The position numbers were made by a program, and so were the translations under genes. Positions 49,601-61,115 of a stretch of 64,000 nt of DNA are shown here, one piece after another. The stretch is taken from assembly GCA_964035545.1 (NCBI GenBank), contig OZ037770.1, positions 6,210,729 to 6,274,728 on the forward strand. Direction: 5' to 3'. Position 1 is the first letter of the stretch. Each line of letters starts with the position of its first letter. This DNA comes from Bugula neritina. Its lineage: Eukaryota > Animalia > Bryozoa. Under the pieces are notes generated by a model. The model saw only the letters and a program-made list of their open reading frames with translations, did not search any database and was not told where the DNA came from.

Positions 49601-50999
49601 AATGCAGCACTTCTTAGAGATATAATAACATTTTATAAAATAAATGTAGGAAATGCTGTCTGCTGTGAAGTCCGAGATAAAAAATGAAAGAAACAACGGC
49701 TTGGGCTGTCACATGCTGGTAGTCATGAGTCACGGTGAAGAAGATAACTGCATCTATGGAACTGACCTTGAGAAGGTCAATCTTACAGACTTGTATGATT
49801 TACTCGCTCCTCTAAGTCTAAAGCGTAAACCTACAGTTGTCATCCTAGAAGCTTGCAGTGGAGGTAATTACAGCGTTTTATAGAAAATGTTCATTTTTAG
49901 TTGAGTTGTGGAAGTAAGACAAAGATCCTTGAAAAGCGCTCTCTGTACTGATTGAATTCCTTTTTTGCTCAAGATGCAAGCCTAAAAAAATTTTTGTTGC
50001 AGCAAACATTGAGGTGAATCCAGACAGATCTGGTCTTGCAGCAGCTCAAGAAGAAGAAACTGAATCTGTCTCTTCTACACATTCTGAATCTGATGATGAT
50101 ATTGTATATCCTGAAACACCCAGTGTAATAAGACCCATCAGACCTGTCTTACCACCAGCACCTAGAATAGAAGAGCGGTGGACCAGACTGGATGTTGATA
50201 ATCTTCTTGTTCTAAAGAGTAGCGTCTGCTGTACGTATACTAAATAGTGATTAGCTAGTTTTACATGTGCACAGTTGCAGTTATTTAGAAAATTGTCTCT
50301 CCTTAATCCAATCTTGTAAACTTGTCTTTAAAAAGTATATCAAACAAAGACTTTTAAAATATACTGAGCTTGCTTTCATTACACCATAATTTTGGCTGCA
50401 TTTAATTTTATTGTAGCATCAAAGAGACATCCTGAATATGGATCTCCTATGATTAGAGCTCTCGTATCTTCAATCTACAAACATGCCTGTCACCGTGATC
50501 TCTACACCATCTTCATGCAGGTAAGTCTAGAATGATAATTTTGCTGATTTCTGGTTTCATACAAAAATATTTCTTTTATTTCAGCTGTTTATTATTCATA
50601 TTTTTTGATTGACATTTTTCTATCAGCCTGTTGTGAAGGTTTACAGACTGTCTTAGTCTCACTGCAATGATATACCTTATATTTTTAACTGTAGCAGACA
50701 ACTCTCAAGATTTTGCTGCTTAGATTTGATACAAATAAGACGGTATATTCCAGCAGCTTAGAGTTGTAAATATTTATCTCATCTGGAAGTATATTCGTAC
50801 ACAATCTTACTAGTCATTACTTGCTCTACAGGTACAGACTAAACTAGTGAAGAAACTATATGCAGATGAAGATTCAGAGAGAAGCAGAAATTTGGTTGTA
50901 ATCTGGAAGACTCTTCCTCCCCGTAAAAGACTTTACCTGTTTCCTGGCTTTGATGGGTTTGGTGAAGAGGAAAAACCCAGTAGAGAGGATCATTCCTAA
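37635..50999 (+). CDS. LRR-Roc-COR-like-caspase fusion protein (Roco family GTPase with C-terminal peptidase C14), about 1260 aa
   Basis: Exons 37635-37647, 38383-38614, 39205-39342, 43075-43212, 43783-43920, 45914-47916, 48255-48344, 48598-48743, 49004-49174, 49650-49863, 50003-50230, 50417-50520 and 50832-50999; all GT-AG with compatible phases, total 3783 nt. Roc motifs GNTMAGKTS, DMGGQ, FTHKD; caspase motifs RGKALIINNKNF, REGSDAD, MSHG, LEACSG, SKRH...GS, KRLYLFPG. Confidence 0.88.
39205..39342 (+). repeat. LRR exon cassette 1 (138 nt, two 23-aa LRRs, phase 2-2)
   Basis: LCKLTQLEKLVIGGNPLNTVPEVVSSLTSLKELNMWNCRLSTLPE; AG/GT bounded. Confidence 0.92.
39397..42615. mobile_element. Putative non-autonomous DNA transposon with imperfect TIRs, in an LRR intron
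   Basis: Left end ATATGTGACCTCCCACCACAAAACAGGGAAC vs reverse complement of the right end ATATGTGACCCCTCGCGACAAAACCGGAAAC; no intact ORF. Confidence 0.65.
42644..42714 (-). other. tRNA-derived SINE head or tRNA pseudogene
   Basis: Minus strand has A-box-like TGGTGTAATGA and B-box GGTTCAAATCC; the anticodon arm is non-canonical. Confidence 0.6.
43075..43212 (+). repeat. LRR exon cassette 2 (138 nt, phase 2-2)
   Basis: LCQLTQLETLDIGYNPLNTVPEVVSSLTSLKELHMWNCELSTLPE. Confidence 0.92.
43783..43920 (+). repeat. LRR exon cassette 3 (138 nt, phase 2-2)
   Basis: LCQLTQLEKLVIGWNPLKTVPEVLSSLTSLRELNMGSCELSTLPE. Confidence 0.92.
44985..45715 (-). mobile_element. Degenerate 5'-truncated RTE-clade LINE fragment
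   Basis: Minus-strand peptides FKYL.., VQVRI...KWRELTGVICD and KTVI..VLLY...TWPL, typical of the region after the RTE reverse transcriptase. Confidence 0.65.
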
Positions 51000-52971
51000 G
51001 ATTTATCACATAATCTAACTCATAGGATTTGCCCTCTTTGGGTATCCAGCATGATCTGCTGAATTGAACAAACAATTAGTTTAAGTTAATGGATCACGAA
51101 TAGTCATTCTATTAGTTTAATTGACAAAGGATTTTCACTCTTATACATACTTCTCTATAATTATATGTTTATGTTAATCTGACAGTTGGTAAGGCTGTCT
51201 ATCTGGTGGATTCTTTATCTACTATTTATATATCTTATAATGTTGTGAACTAGTATATCATACTGATTTATATATTGGCTGATTTATTGTTGAGTGTGCT
51301 TCAATTACTTTGTACTGGATGTTTTTTCACTGCTTCTCTTATGCCCTATGAAGCTTTGACAATGCTTAGCTTTGCACTTACTTTATTCAATTAAAATTTA
51401 TAATAATAATGTTTACATGCATTATTATTAGATAATTATTTTGCTGACTTTTTATTCAAGTTTTATATCATATTTCTTCAATAAATTTCATTGAACTACA
51501 CATTTTGAAAGTCAATTTTTGTATGAGTTTAAGTAGTTTCACTCAAAGGAAATGAAAGTTTTGTCTAGGTTTTGGTGTTAAAACTAGAATCTGGTAGTAA
51601 ATGTGACACGATGATGGAAGATTTTTCAGCTGTAAAACATACTTTTAAGTTGTACCTAAAAACAAACAGAGTTAATCTGAAAAGAATTAATCTCACATAG
51701 TAAACTGTATTTTATGTAACCTAGATTAAACTATTTGGTAATACTTTATTTGAATTAGCCCTTGAGTCAAAATAACATAATTAGCAAATACATTCAACAT
51801 TTCCAACACATAAAAATACCCCAAATAGTAGAGGAATATAAACCTTGATCCTTGCAATTGTTTTATCTCAATTTGTTGGTGCATGAGTACTAAATAAAGA
51901 GAAAACTATTCAACTGCCACTCCTCAAGCGTGTAGCCTCCTAGCTAATTGTCACTAGCTCTCATCCCAATACATTACTAGTCGTAGCCTGTAGTGTAAAA
52001 GATACTGGCTCAGCTGATTAGCTATTGCAGTTATCAATATTGCAACAGTCGATCTGCTGCAAGCATATGCATTGTGCTATAATTTGTAATCAGGTAGAAG
52101 AAAGATGGAGTTGTCTTCTCTCGACATTGAGTTGTCCTTTCGATATACACGATGGGGGGAGGAGGGCACAACGCTTACAATATCATACCCACAGTGTTAT
52201 AAACCATAGCTTTAACATGTCTACCTCTTGTAGATGCAATTTTATAAACGCATGTTTGCTTTTATTTGAAATCAACTCTTACACTTTTTAGATAGGTTCA
52301 TTAGAGTTTTTGACATTTAATATTTTGAATTCCTGCATATGTTTGATTAAGAATGATATTTATGTACTTGTGCTAAACTTTATAATTTATCCATCGGAAT
52401 TATTGGCTTACAAAATGTATAACTTTGCTAACATCAGATGCAATGGTAGGCCACAAGCTGAAGAGTTGAATTGTAACCTTCATACTGGCTTCTTGTTATA
52501 TGAATGCTCAGCGCAAACATGAAACTTATTTCTTGCTGGCTGCTAGAAGACTGAAGAGCTCATGAATACTGGTATATGACATTACTATGTTGTCACAGCT
52601 GAAGAAGTGGGAAATTGTATCAACTTATTTATTAACCAATCAAGTTCATAACGCAGCTATGTCATTGAACTGATAGAAGGAATGAAAGTGAGGGTATATT
52701 TCAAATTAGTTTTATTAAAATAGGATACAAAAAACAAGGAAGAATTAATGCAACGGATATACATACTTTTAACTATCAGGTGAAAGTCAACTAGTTTTAA
52801 AACTATCAGATAGTTTTACAAAAAAAACTTCTAACTACAAACTAAGAGCTAATGCTGTAGTGGACGGTGTAAAGGTGATGTCAACAATACTTGGTGTCTG
52901 TCATATGATGTATATATGTTACAAGAGTGTCAAACTGTGTGTTATATAACATTTTATATTATGTAACTCCA

Positions 52972-55900
52972 TCAGTCACCTTCCAGAGATACTTCTACAA
53001 CAGAGTATGAGTATATATTACAGTGTGAGATGTACTTTACAATATGATATGTATATTATATAGATAGTGTATACTTAGTATCATATATACTGTATACTTA
53101 GTATCATATATACTATATACTTAGTATTATATATACTGTATACTTAGTATTATATATACTGTATACTTAGTATCATATATACTGTATACTTAGTATCATA
53201 TATATACTGTATACTTAGTATCATATATATACTGTATACTTAGTATCATATATACTGTATACTTAGTATCATATATACTGTATACTTAGTATCATATATA
53301 CTATATACATAGTATCATATATACTGTATACTTAGTATCATATATACTGTATACTTAGTATCATATATACTGTATACTTAGTGTCATATATACTGTATAC
53401 ACAGTAACATATATACTATATACATAGTATCATATATACTGTATACATAGCATTACATCAGAGGCTGATATATATCTTACCATACCTGAAACTTGAGGCG
53501 GATAATGTAGTCCAAGGTCTAATTGAACACCTTCAGTAGGAAGGGCAGGCTCATGAACCTCCTCCATTTTACTAAATTCAGCTGGAGAGATGTGGGCTAC
53601 GCTGCCATCTAAAGTATTAATACATAAATATTTCCTAGTTCATGATCTACTAATAAGAGTTGTGTCCCTTCAGCAGTTACATACGTCAACCTCAATATCA
53701 GGGAGCAGTCTCACTAAAAGCCTGGCCTCACCATTGTGAGAATCACATGAAATCGTCTACTTGACACAAAAACATCCGTACGAGAAAATCTGAGGGAATT
53801 CAAACGAAATCGTCCTCGTTGGCTGTACACACCGATGACTATGGACAAAAAATCACAATAGAGGATAAGTACCACTTGATTGTTCAATAGAATTTTAGCA
53901 ACAATAATTATTTCATTTCTACAACTTTTCTCTATTTGGTAATTTCCTGCTGTTTTTACCTTGCGCAAAACTCATTCACGGACTATTTATTATGTGTTTT
54001 GTCTGACGAGAGTGCGGCTCGTCATAACGAGAGGATAACTCACAAAAAACGTCACCTGATTTCGTTTGATTCTCCGTTCGCAAGGCCAGGCTTTAAAACT
54101 TTTACAGTTTTACTGCAATGTGAAATTGCAACTACACTATAGACTTGTTCTTTTAGTGAATAACGGGATTTATATCCTAGCTGCCACTTTGGCATTGCTC
54201 AGTAGCCAAAACCACAAATATATGCTTTGAGGTTTATTTTTCGAATGTTATCCTGAACCAGTAGTTTTTTGAAATGCTAATTTAAGCTTGGCATCAGCAA
54301 TATGTCTATCACCAAATTGAAAAGGTGTATAGCATTGTTGCATATTGCATGTAAAGCAGTCAAACTGTAAATTTCAGTTGAAGCATGTACCTGCTAATGG
54401 GGCACAACTCTTGATTGTAAATTGACATCGCAAACATACATTGTAGGAAAGGAGTATATCATATATAAATACTTTCTTGACTGTTAAATGGATAAGTTGA
54501 TGAATGTGTTATATATATATTCAAATAACTGATAGAGTTGTGAAGATATAAACAGTAGGAAGAAGAAGTAAAATTAGACCAGCAGGTAATGTAATGCAGT
54601 AAACCAAAAAATAATTCTGAACATATTCTCTAAGATAATTACCAGATACTTGTTGGGAGGTTTCCTCCACATCCCCGCCTTCTGACTTCTCAATTGCAAC
54701 CTCAACTACAGTGTCCTGTATGCTGTTGTGTAACATATTAGAGTTGAGTCTGGCTAACAGAGCTGCTGTCTCGGGAGTAAGAGCTGAGCTGGTGTGGATG
54801 CTGCCATCTGACAGCTGTGTCTTCACCCTTGAGATCATGTGACCTGGGAGAGAAATCATGCGACCTGGTAGAGAGAGATCATGTGACTTCATAGAGAGCA
54901 ATCATGTGATCTGGGAAAGAGAGATCATGTGACTGATTGATACTAACCTGACTCTTGACCTTCATGAGCGAGTGTAACTGTCACAGTCTCTAGATGGGGG
55001 CCTATATGTGACGCCCAGTCTTCAGTCCATACTCGATCCTGCTCTAATGCTAAAGTATCCACACTGCCCTACGAAGTAATTTATATACATAGTTACTATG
55101 TGTGCACATAAAAATAACTTCAAAAAACAGACATGCTTTTTAGTGCTAATTTGCCAGCAAGTGCAGATTGCTGAAGTCACATGCTGTCTAAAACAGTAGC
55201 GCTGACACGGCACCACCAGCCAACCACGAGAAATCTTCTAACCTAATTACCAATCGCAGTAGGTTTATCATTTAAGTTCCAATCGCAGAAAAAAAAATAA
55301 TGACGGCACAAGGTGAACATAGTCTCATAGCTGTCAATGCGACATGCATGAAATAGTATAAAGGCGTAGCCAATCATGAGAAATCATATTATCTACTTGC
55401 CCATCACAGAAACTGTTACAATTTCACAAACAACACCACATGTATAGCAGTACCTCTTTGAGAGGCAGCACGCCACTATCAATATCACGGAGAGCTGTGT
55501 GGATGTGATTCTTCAGATCGCTGACAGTCGGGAAGAAACTCAAGTCATGTCTCACTGGAGGCTCCTCATTACTGAACAAATCTTTCTCCACGTATTTCCT
55601 GTATGAGAATATCAGGTGGTGTGAGTGTGGCTCAGTAGCTTTGATATTTTGATCTTATAGATGGTAGGCTATACAAGTGTTAAATAGCCTCTCGCTCTTT
55701 AACACTTTTAAAATACTCTAACGTCATCAGACAACTGAACGGTAAGGCAGTTTCAAAATGAAACACAACAAACATGTTTAAAACAATTGTGACAAAAACC
55801 AACAACACTCAAGTTTTTATAATACAAAATGTCCGGCAAATTATTCTACTAGAAGTATTTATGAGACAATGTTGTAGCCCTAATACTGATAGAAAGCGTT

Positions 55901-58900
55901 CATAAAGTTTACGGAGAACTTGATGGCAATATGTCATGCTGAAGTATCAGTAGTTATATTTTATCAGGTTTAGAGTCACATGACTATTCTAAGCAGTTTG
56001 AGCCGCAGTGCTGACAGTCAATCACGTAGGACAAAAACTGATACAGACTTATTTTATTGACAGACATGATTCTGTCTTGAGAACTGTTTGCTCACCTCAG
56101 CATCTTCCTAACAGTAGTCACATGGTGTATGCCAGAGGAGACAATGTCTCTAATCTTATTGGCTACAGGAGGAGCGAGTCTGGTATTTCCTCTTTCTAAA
56201 ATACAAAAGAGGAATATGAGAATATATTAGGAAACCACACCATAGGTTTACCCTCCAAGTTGCGTCTAGAGAAAGCAGCAATAAAGAGACAGCATTTCTC
56301 TACAAACTCTGAACAGTGGGAGTAGGAAGTTCTGCACCAACCTCAGCCCCACCCACATCTGATCAGTTGATGGAAACTGTTCTAAGAGGACTGCTGGAAC
56401 AGCAGAAACTTCATATTTATTACAGAACCTAATCTTATCAAACAAACACAGCCTTGAAAACTACTTAACATTACTCTCACTGTAACAATAACAATAACTG
56501 ATTCTTCAGGCATTGTATTTCCATTGCTTCAAATGGATTTGCATAGATTTGTACACATAGGTTTGTGGTTGTGATTTGCATTCATTCATGGTTGTGTTTT
56601 CATTAGATGCAAATCTTCCCATATAATGTGAAGCAATGGAAATGCAGTAACTAGCAGAGGAGAGAGTTTGACTTGGGTACATAAAGATATGTTACAGTTG
56701 AACTCACCTGGTGGAGACACATTGTACGTCCTGGTGATGAGAGGTCGCTTAGTTAAGGTGGAATCTGCAGTGTGATACTCGTGTGCCGCAGTAGTTGGTA
56801 GCTGCAGATAATGCCTGCAGTACAAATATGCTTCAGATACGTTCTAGACACACCATAGTATACAGGCAATAGTTAACTGTATACAGCACACAGATATAAT
56901 ATAAAACTGAAACTATAAACTATTCCTGAAAATGTTAAATGGAGTGCAATAGTATAATGTAAAAGATGCACCGAGCCATCGCAGTGCCAGAAAGGTAGGA
57001 ACGTACCGCTCCTCCCCGCCTTCACTGAACCCCTGTTCCCTCAGAACCTGGAACGCTCTGTCCATCAGCTGTTTGAGCACCTTTCTGTTAACATCTGTTG
57101 GAACTGAGCAGTTTGGGAATTTGCGTACTTTCTTCACATAAATACGAGCTGGACAGGCGTGTTTGTAGTCTGTAATCAGTATTATATTATTATGATTGGT
57201 TAATATTTTATATACCCAACTGTATATGTAATCTAGTATGTTTAAAATAAACCTAATGGGGGTTCGATATTAGTTTAACGCACACACAAAGCAATTCTTA
57301 GCTTATAACACTTGATGGTACCCATTTGAATGTTAAAAACTGTCTTATATTTTCAATAGCAGATAAAGATAGACAGAAAAAGTTATCATTTTTGTAACAC
57401 AAATACAGCTAAAAGCTCGTTCTAATTTCTATCACGTAAGGGTAACTGTAGGGTGCAATTATTCAGAACTTAAAACATTTAAAGCGATAAAATAGCTACT
57501 TACCCTAATCCATATTGAATTCAAAATCAGTAATTATTTTTCAAAGTGAAAATTGAAAACATGAAACTAAATGTCAGTTTGAGTGACAAACAAAATCAAA
57601 GAATATTACTTTGTATATATTTTTTTAAAATTAAAATTGAATATTTTTGGAAACACCTGATTAAACTTGAGAGCGTGCAACTTTTATTAGAGTAGCTTTC
57701 AGCTTCTCAATTCGAAAAGAATGCTAATACCTTTGCAGTCATTGCAAGGTGGATGGCATATCAAACCGTATCATCCTACTCGGCTGGTGTCACATGCACC
57801 TACGTGCCATACTTTAAGCCTCTACTGCTTAAAAAAACTCACAGAAATTTATAGTCACTATCCCTGTGTGAAACCCCTGGTGGAAAGGATTTTTGGTAGA
57901 GCGGGCTAAGGACTTATTCGAATGAGGCACAGGAGCAATAATGACTGGATGCTCTTCCTAACATCACCTTTGTCGGGGTTCGAACCCATGACTCCGTGCT
58001 TACTAGGCAAATGCTCTAATCCCTAGACCACGGCTGCTCTAAGCCTCTACTGTTTACCACAATGAAAATTAGGCTTGCTGAAGGCTACTCAAGTGAAGAG
58101 AGTTTGTTAATTTATTGAACTGGAGCATCCAAAAGTGCTCAAACTAGATGCGAAAAATCTCATAATGGAAACGGAATAGAAACTGGTTAACATATGCAAC
58201 TTTAGAAAAAGAGCTAAATAAAAAAATAAAACTGTTATTTTACCGCATAGACTTCGATTAACAAGATGATATACAGCTGATTAAAAAGCAGTGAGCTATG
58301 AAGTAAGTTTCATGAAGATTATTAGACACCAGTTGAGATAAACACTAACCCTCTCCTGTTCCTTCTCCTGTACCATCAGCCTTAGAACCTTTCCTCCTTG
58401 GTCCATATTGGCACTCCATCACAGTGGCCCGACTTCCTATATGTAGAAGTTTCGAGAAAAATTGAGTTGAGTAGATAAGTATTAAAGCTCAAGTCAACAT
58501 GCCAACAATACGTAAAAAGTCTCACCGCAGTTAATGAAAGGCACGCCGTCAAACGGCACATATTGGGACTTCCACATCATACGGGCGGTGGGCCGGTTAC
58601 CGGCTGGGCTTTGCCGTGTGCCCCAAAAACTGTGAGTTTGCTGCTTATGCAGAGTTAGTATAACATCCAGTTCCTGCTCTGTGTGCACCCAGCCCCGGTA
58701 GTAGTGACCAACTTTCTGCAAGATTATAACAGCTGCATGTTACAACATAAGTGCTCATCCCATGAATATTTCACATATACTGAAACCATTTACACATTGA
58801 TACAGGCACTTGCTATGAAAATCTGAATTAAAATTAGATTAAAAAATTGGATTGAAGTCCAATAGCATAACTATAATGCAGGGAGTAGATACATTGATTA

Positions 58901-59947
58901 TATTCTAAATATCAACACTTGAATGTCAGGCTGTAAATTAATCGAATAGGCTCTGACATCATAACGGTTTATACTAGCCTCACAATCCTGAATCAGTGTT
59001 GCCCAGCGAGGGGCGTCTGCTAGCGTAGCCTTAGCTTGGGTGGTATTGACCAAGGTGAACTGGGTTTGACTTGATGATGCCCCGACATTAGTAATATGCT
59101 GGTTTGGATCCCCAACTATGACAACCGAGTTGGCAGTGATGTTCAAGTTACTTGGCACAATCTGCCACACCTTGTCACCTGTAAAAACTTTGAATGTTTA
59201 ATTTGAGAGCTACTGCTGCCACTTGACAGGGATAAGTCTTCAATTTGCGCATCAACATTCCTTACCTTGGCTGCTATTCAACTCGGAGATCTCCACAAGC
59301 TCCACCCCTTCCTGGCCTGAGCCGTTGGTTGCGAGAATAACATTACCTCTCTCTACGTTAAAAATAAAATAATATTAAGTGAGTCGGTTATTGATCTGAC
59401 CATTGGGAATGCATAGACTGAAACTGCCACCTTGACTCACTAATGGGAAAATGATTCTTAATTAAACAGGAACTAGTTGATGAAAACTAAAATTTATCAA
59501 TCTTTGAAACAGCTGAATAATTTTAAATAATCGAAAGAAAGTCCACTTATAAAGTAGTATAAAAAACCTGTTTGCCACCATATATCATCCTTTTATAGTT
59601 TTAGATTGTGTCAGTTGTCGAACTAAAACGAAGCTTCCTCTTTAAAAAAGAAAAGTTAGGCTATAGTTTCATGAAACAAGGTGTAATGGTTTACATAATA
59701 TTATTAGTTGATTTACTTTCATATAGAAAACATGAGAGTAGAAGTAATGAATTGTACATCAACTACCTATGTTTATTGGTTGTGGTGTACTAGTGTCAGT
59801 GTTTATTGTGTTGTCAGCGTAAATTACTATTTGCTCATTACACTCTTGTTCCTCAGTATAATGGGTCTGATCTTCTATAATCAAATGAGTACTCGAGTCC
59901 AAAACTTTCCCTTCAGAGTCGCCATCTTGGTTCAGACCAGCATTCAT
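52972..59947 (-). CDS. CARF: Calcium-responsive transcription factor (CaRF) ortholog, multi-exon
   Basis: HKQQTHSFWGTRQSP...RMMWKSQYVPFDGVPFINCG|SRATVMECQYGPRRKG, CPARIYVKKVRKFP, LQLPTTAAHEYH and FFPTVSDLKNHIH match CaRF; likely ATG 59947, stop 52972, AATAAA near 52711. Terminal exons are less certain. Confidence 0.9.
53068..53450. repeat. Minisatellite, 23-bp unit TGTATACTTAGTATCATATATAC
   Basis: About 16 tandem copies in the last CARF intron. Confidence 0.92.
53718..54093. mobile_element. PIF/Harbinger-like MITE
   Basis: TIR AAGCCTGGCCT...AGGCCAGGCTT with extended imperfect inverted match; TAA TSD at 53715-53717 and 54094-54096. Confidence 0.75.
57828..58039 (-). mobile_element. tRNA-derived SINE
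   Basis: A box TGGTCTAGGGA and B box GGTTCGAACCC on the minus strand; 13-bp TSD TAAGCCTCTACTG at 57815-57827 and 58040-58052. Confidence 0.82.
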
Positions 59948-60679
59948 AGTATTTTAGTCTAAAAGTTATTTATATGTATCAAGAGTATTACTAATAAATA
60001 TAAGGAATGATAGAACCACAGCTATAAATAAAGTAAATCACACTGACTATAGAATAGACATTTGATCTAAAATCATGAAAACGAAGCCTAATTATAAGCA
60101 TAATTAAAATAAAACAAGTTTAAGTTGCAATTTATAATATTAGTCAAATTGAAAAAAAAACTAGACAAGTATAGTATAATCTATTTTGGCTAAACAAAAT
60201 ATCTACTATAAATTATCATATTAAATAGTGTAACTAGTGTTATTTTTATAATAATAAACATAACCACAAGGTTCTAGTACTACTACTACTAATAATAATA
60301 AGCTATCGAGTTCAACATTACTATTACTAGACAGTAGACTAGTATAACTACTAACTAATAATAGTACTACTACTAGTACTAGTAACACTAGCTACAAATA
60401 TTCTTATTAATATTAGCATTACATTTATTCATAGTATTACTATAACTATTACTGTATTAGTAGACATTAGACATTAGTATTAGTATTAGTATCATTATTT
60501 ATTAATATTAGTATAAGATTAAGTGTTACCATTAATATTACTAATAGTATTAGTATTACTATTAGAGTATTAGAATTAGTAATACTAATACTAATAGTAA
60601 TAGTAATAGTAATACTAATACTAATAGTAATATAAATATCAATAGTTTAAAATTAAATATATTATCAATGTAGGTTACC

Positions 60680-61115
60680 GTTTAAAGAGTAAAAAATGCC
60701 AAATTCCCGGCATCTCTGTCTCCATTTAATCTAAACAAGCAATTACTGGGTATACACGTATCTAATAGCAACTTACGCGGTACTATCGTTTAAATTGGTA
60801 GAAAATATGATAACGAGACAGAAACCTCGACTGCAGTGTTTTAACCTCGTTTCAATATGGCTGACCCTTTATACGTCGTGAGTGATTCGATTTTGAATAC
60901 ATGAACTTGTTCATCAAGGCTTAGTTCGGCTTCAATTCGGTTTCAACTTCAAAACTTGTTGGTAAAGGTTTCAATTCGTAGCGAGTCCATACACACTCTC
61001 GAGAAGGGTCCTTCCCTAAAATGTTTTAAGGTACGGTCATAACACCCCCAATAATAACTAATCATTAACAGATTCTCATAAACTACGCAAGTTTACGAGA
61101 GGCATAGTTCCTACC
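60680..61115. promoter_or_regulatory. Probable bidirectional promoter between CARF and RPGR
   Basis: CpG-containing stretch between AT-rich low-complexity introns, between divergently oriented genes; X-box-like GTATCTAATAGCAAC at 60758-60772. Confidence 0.5.
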
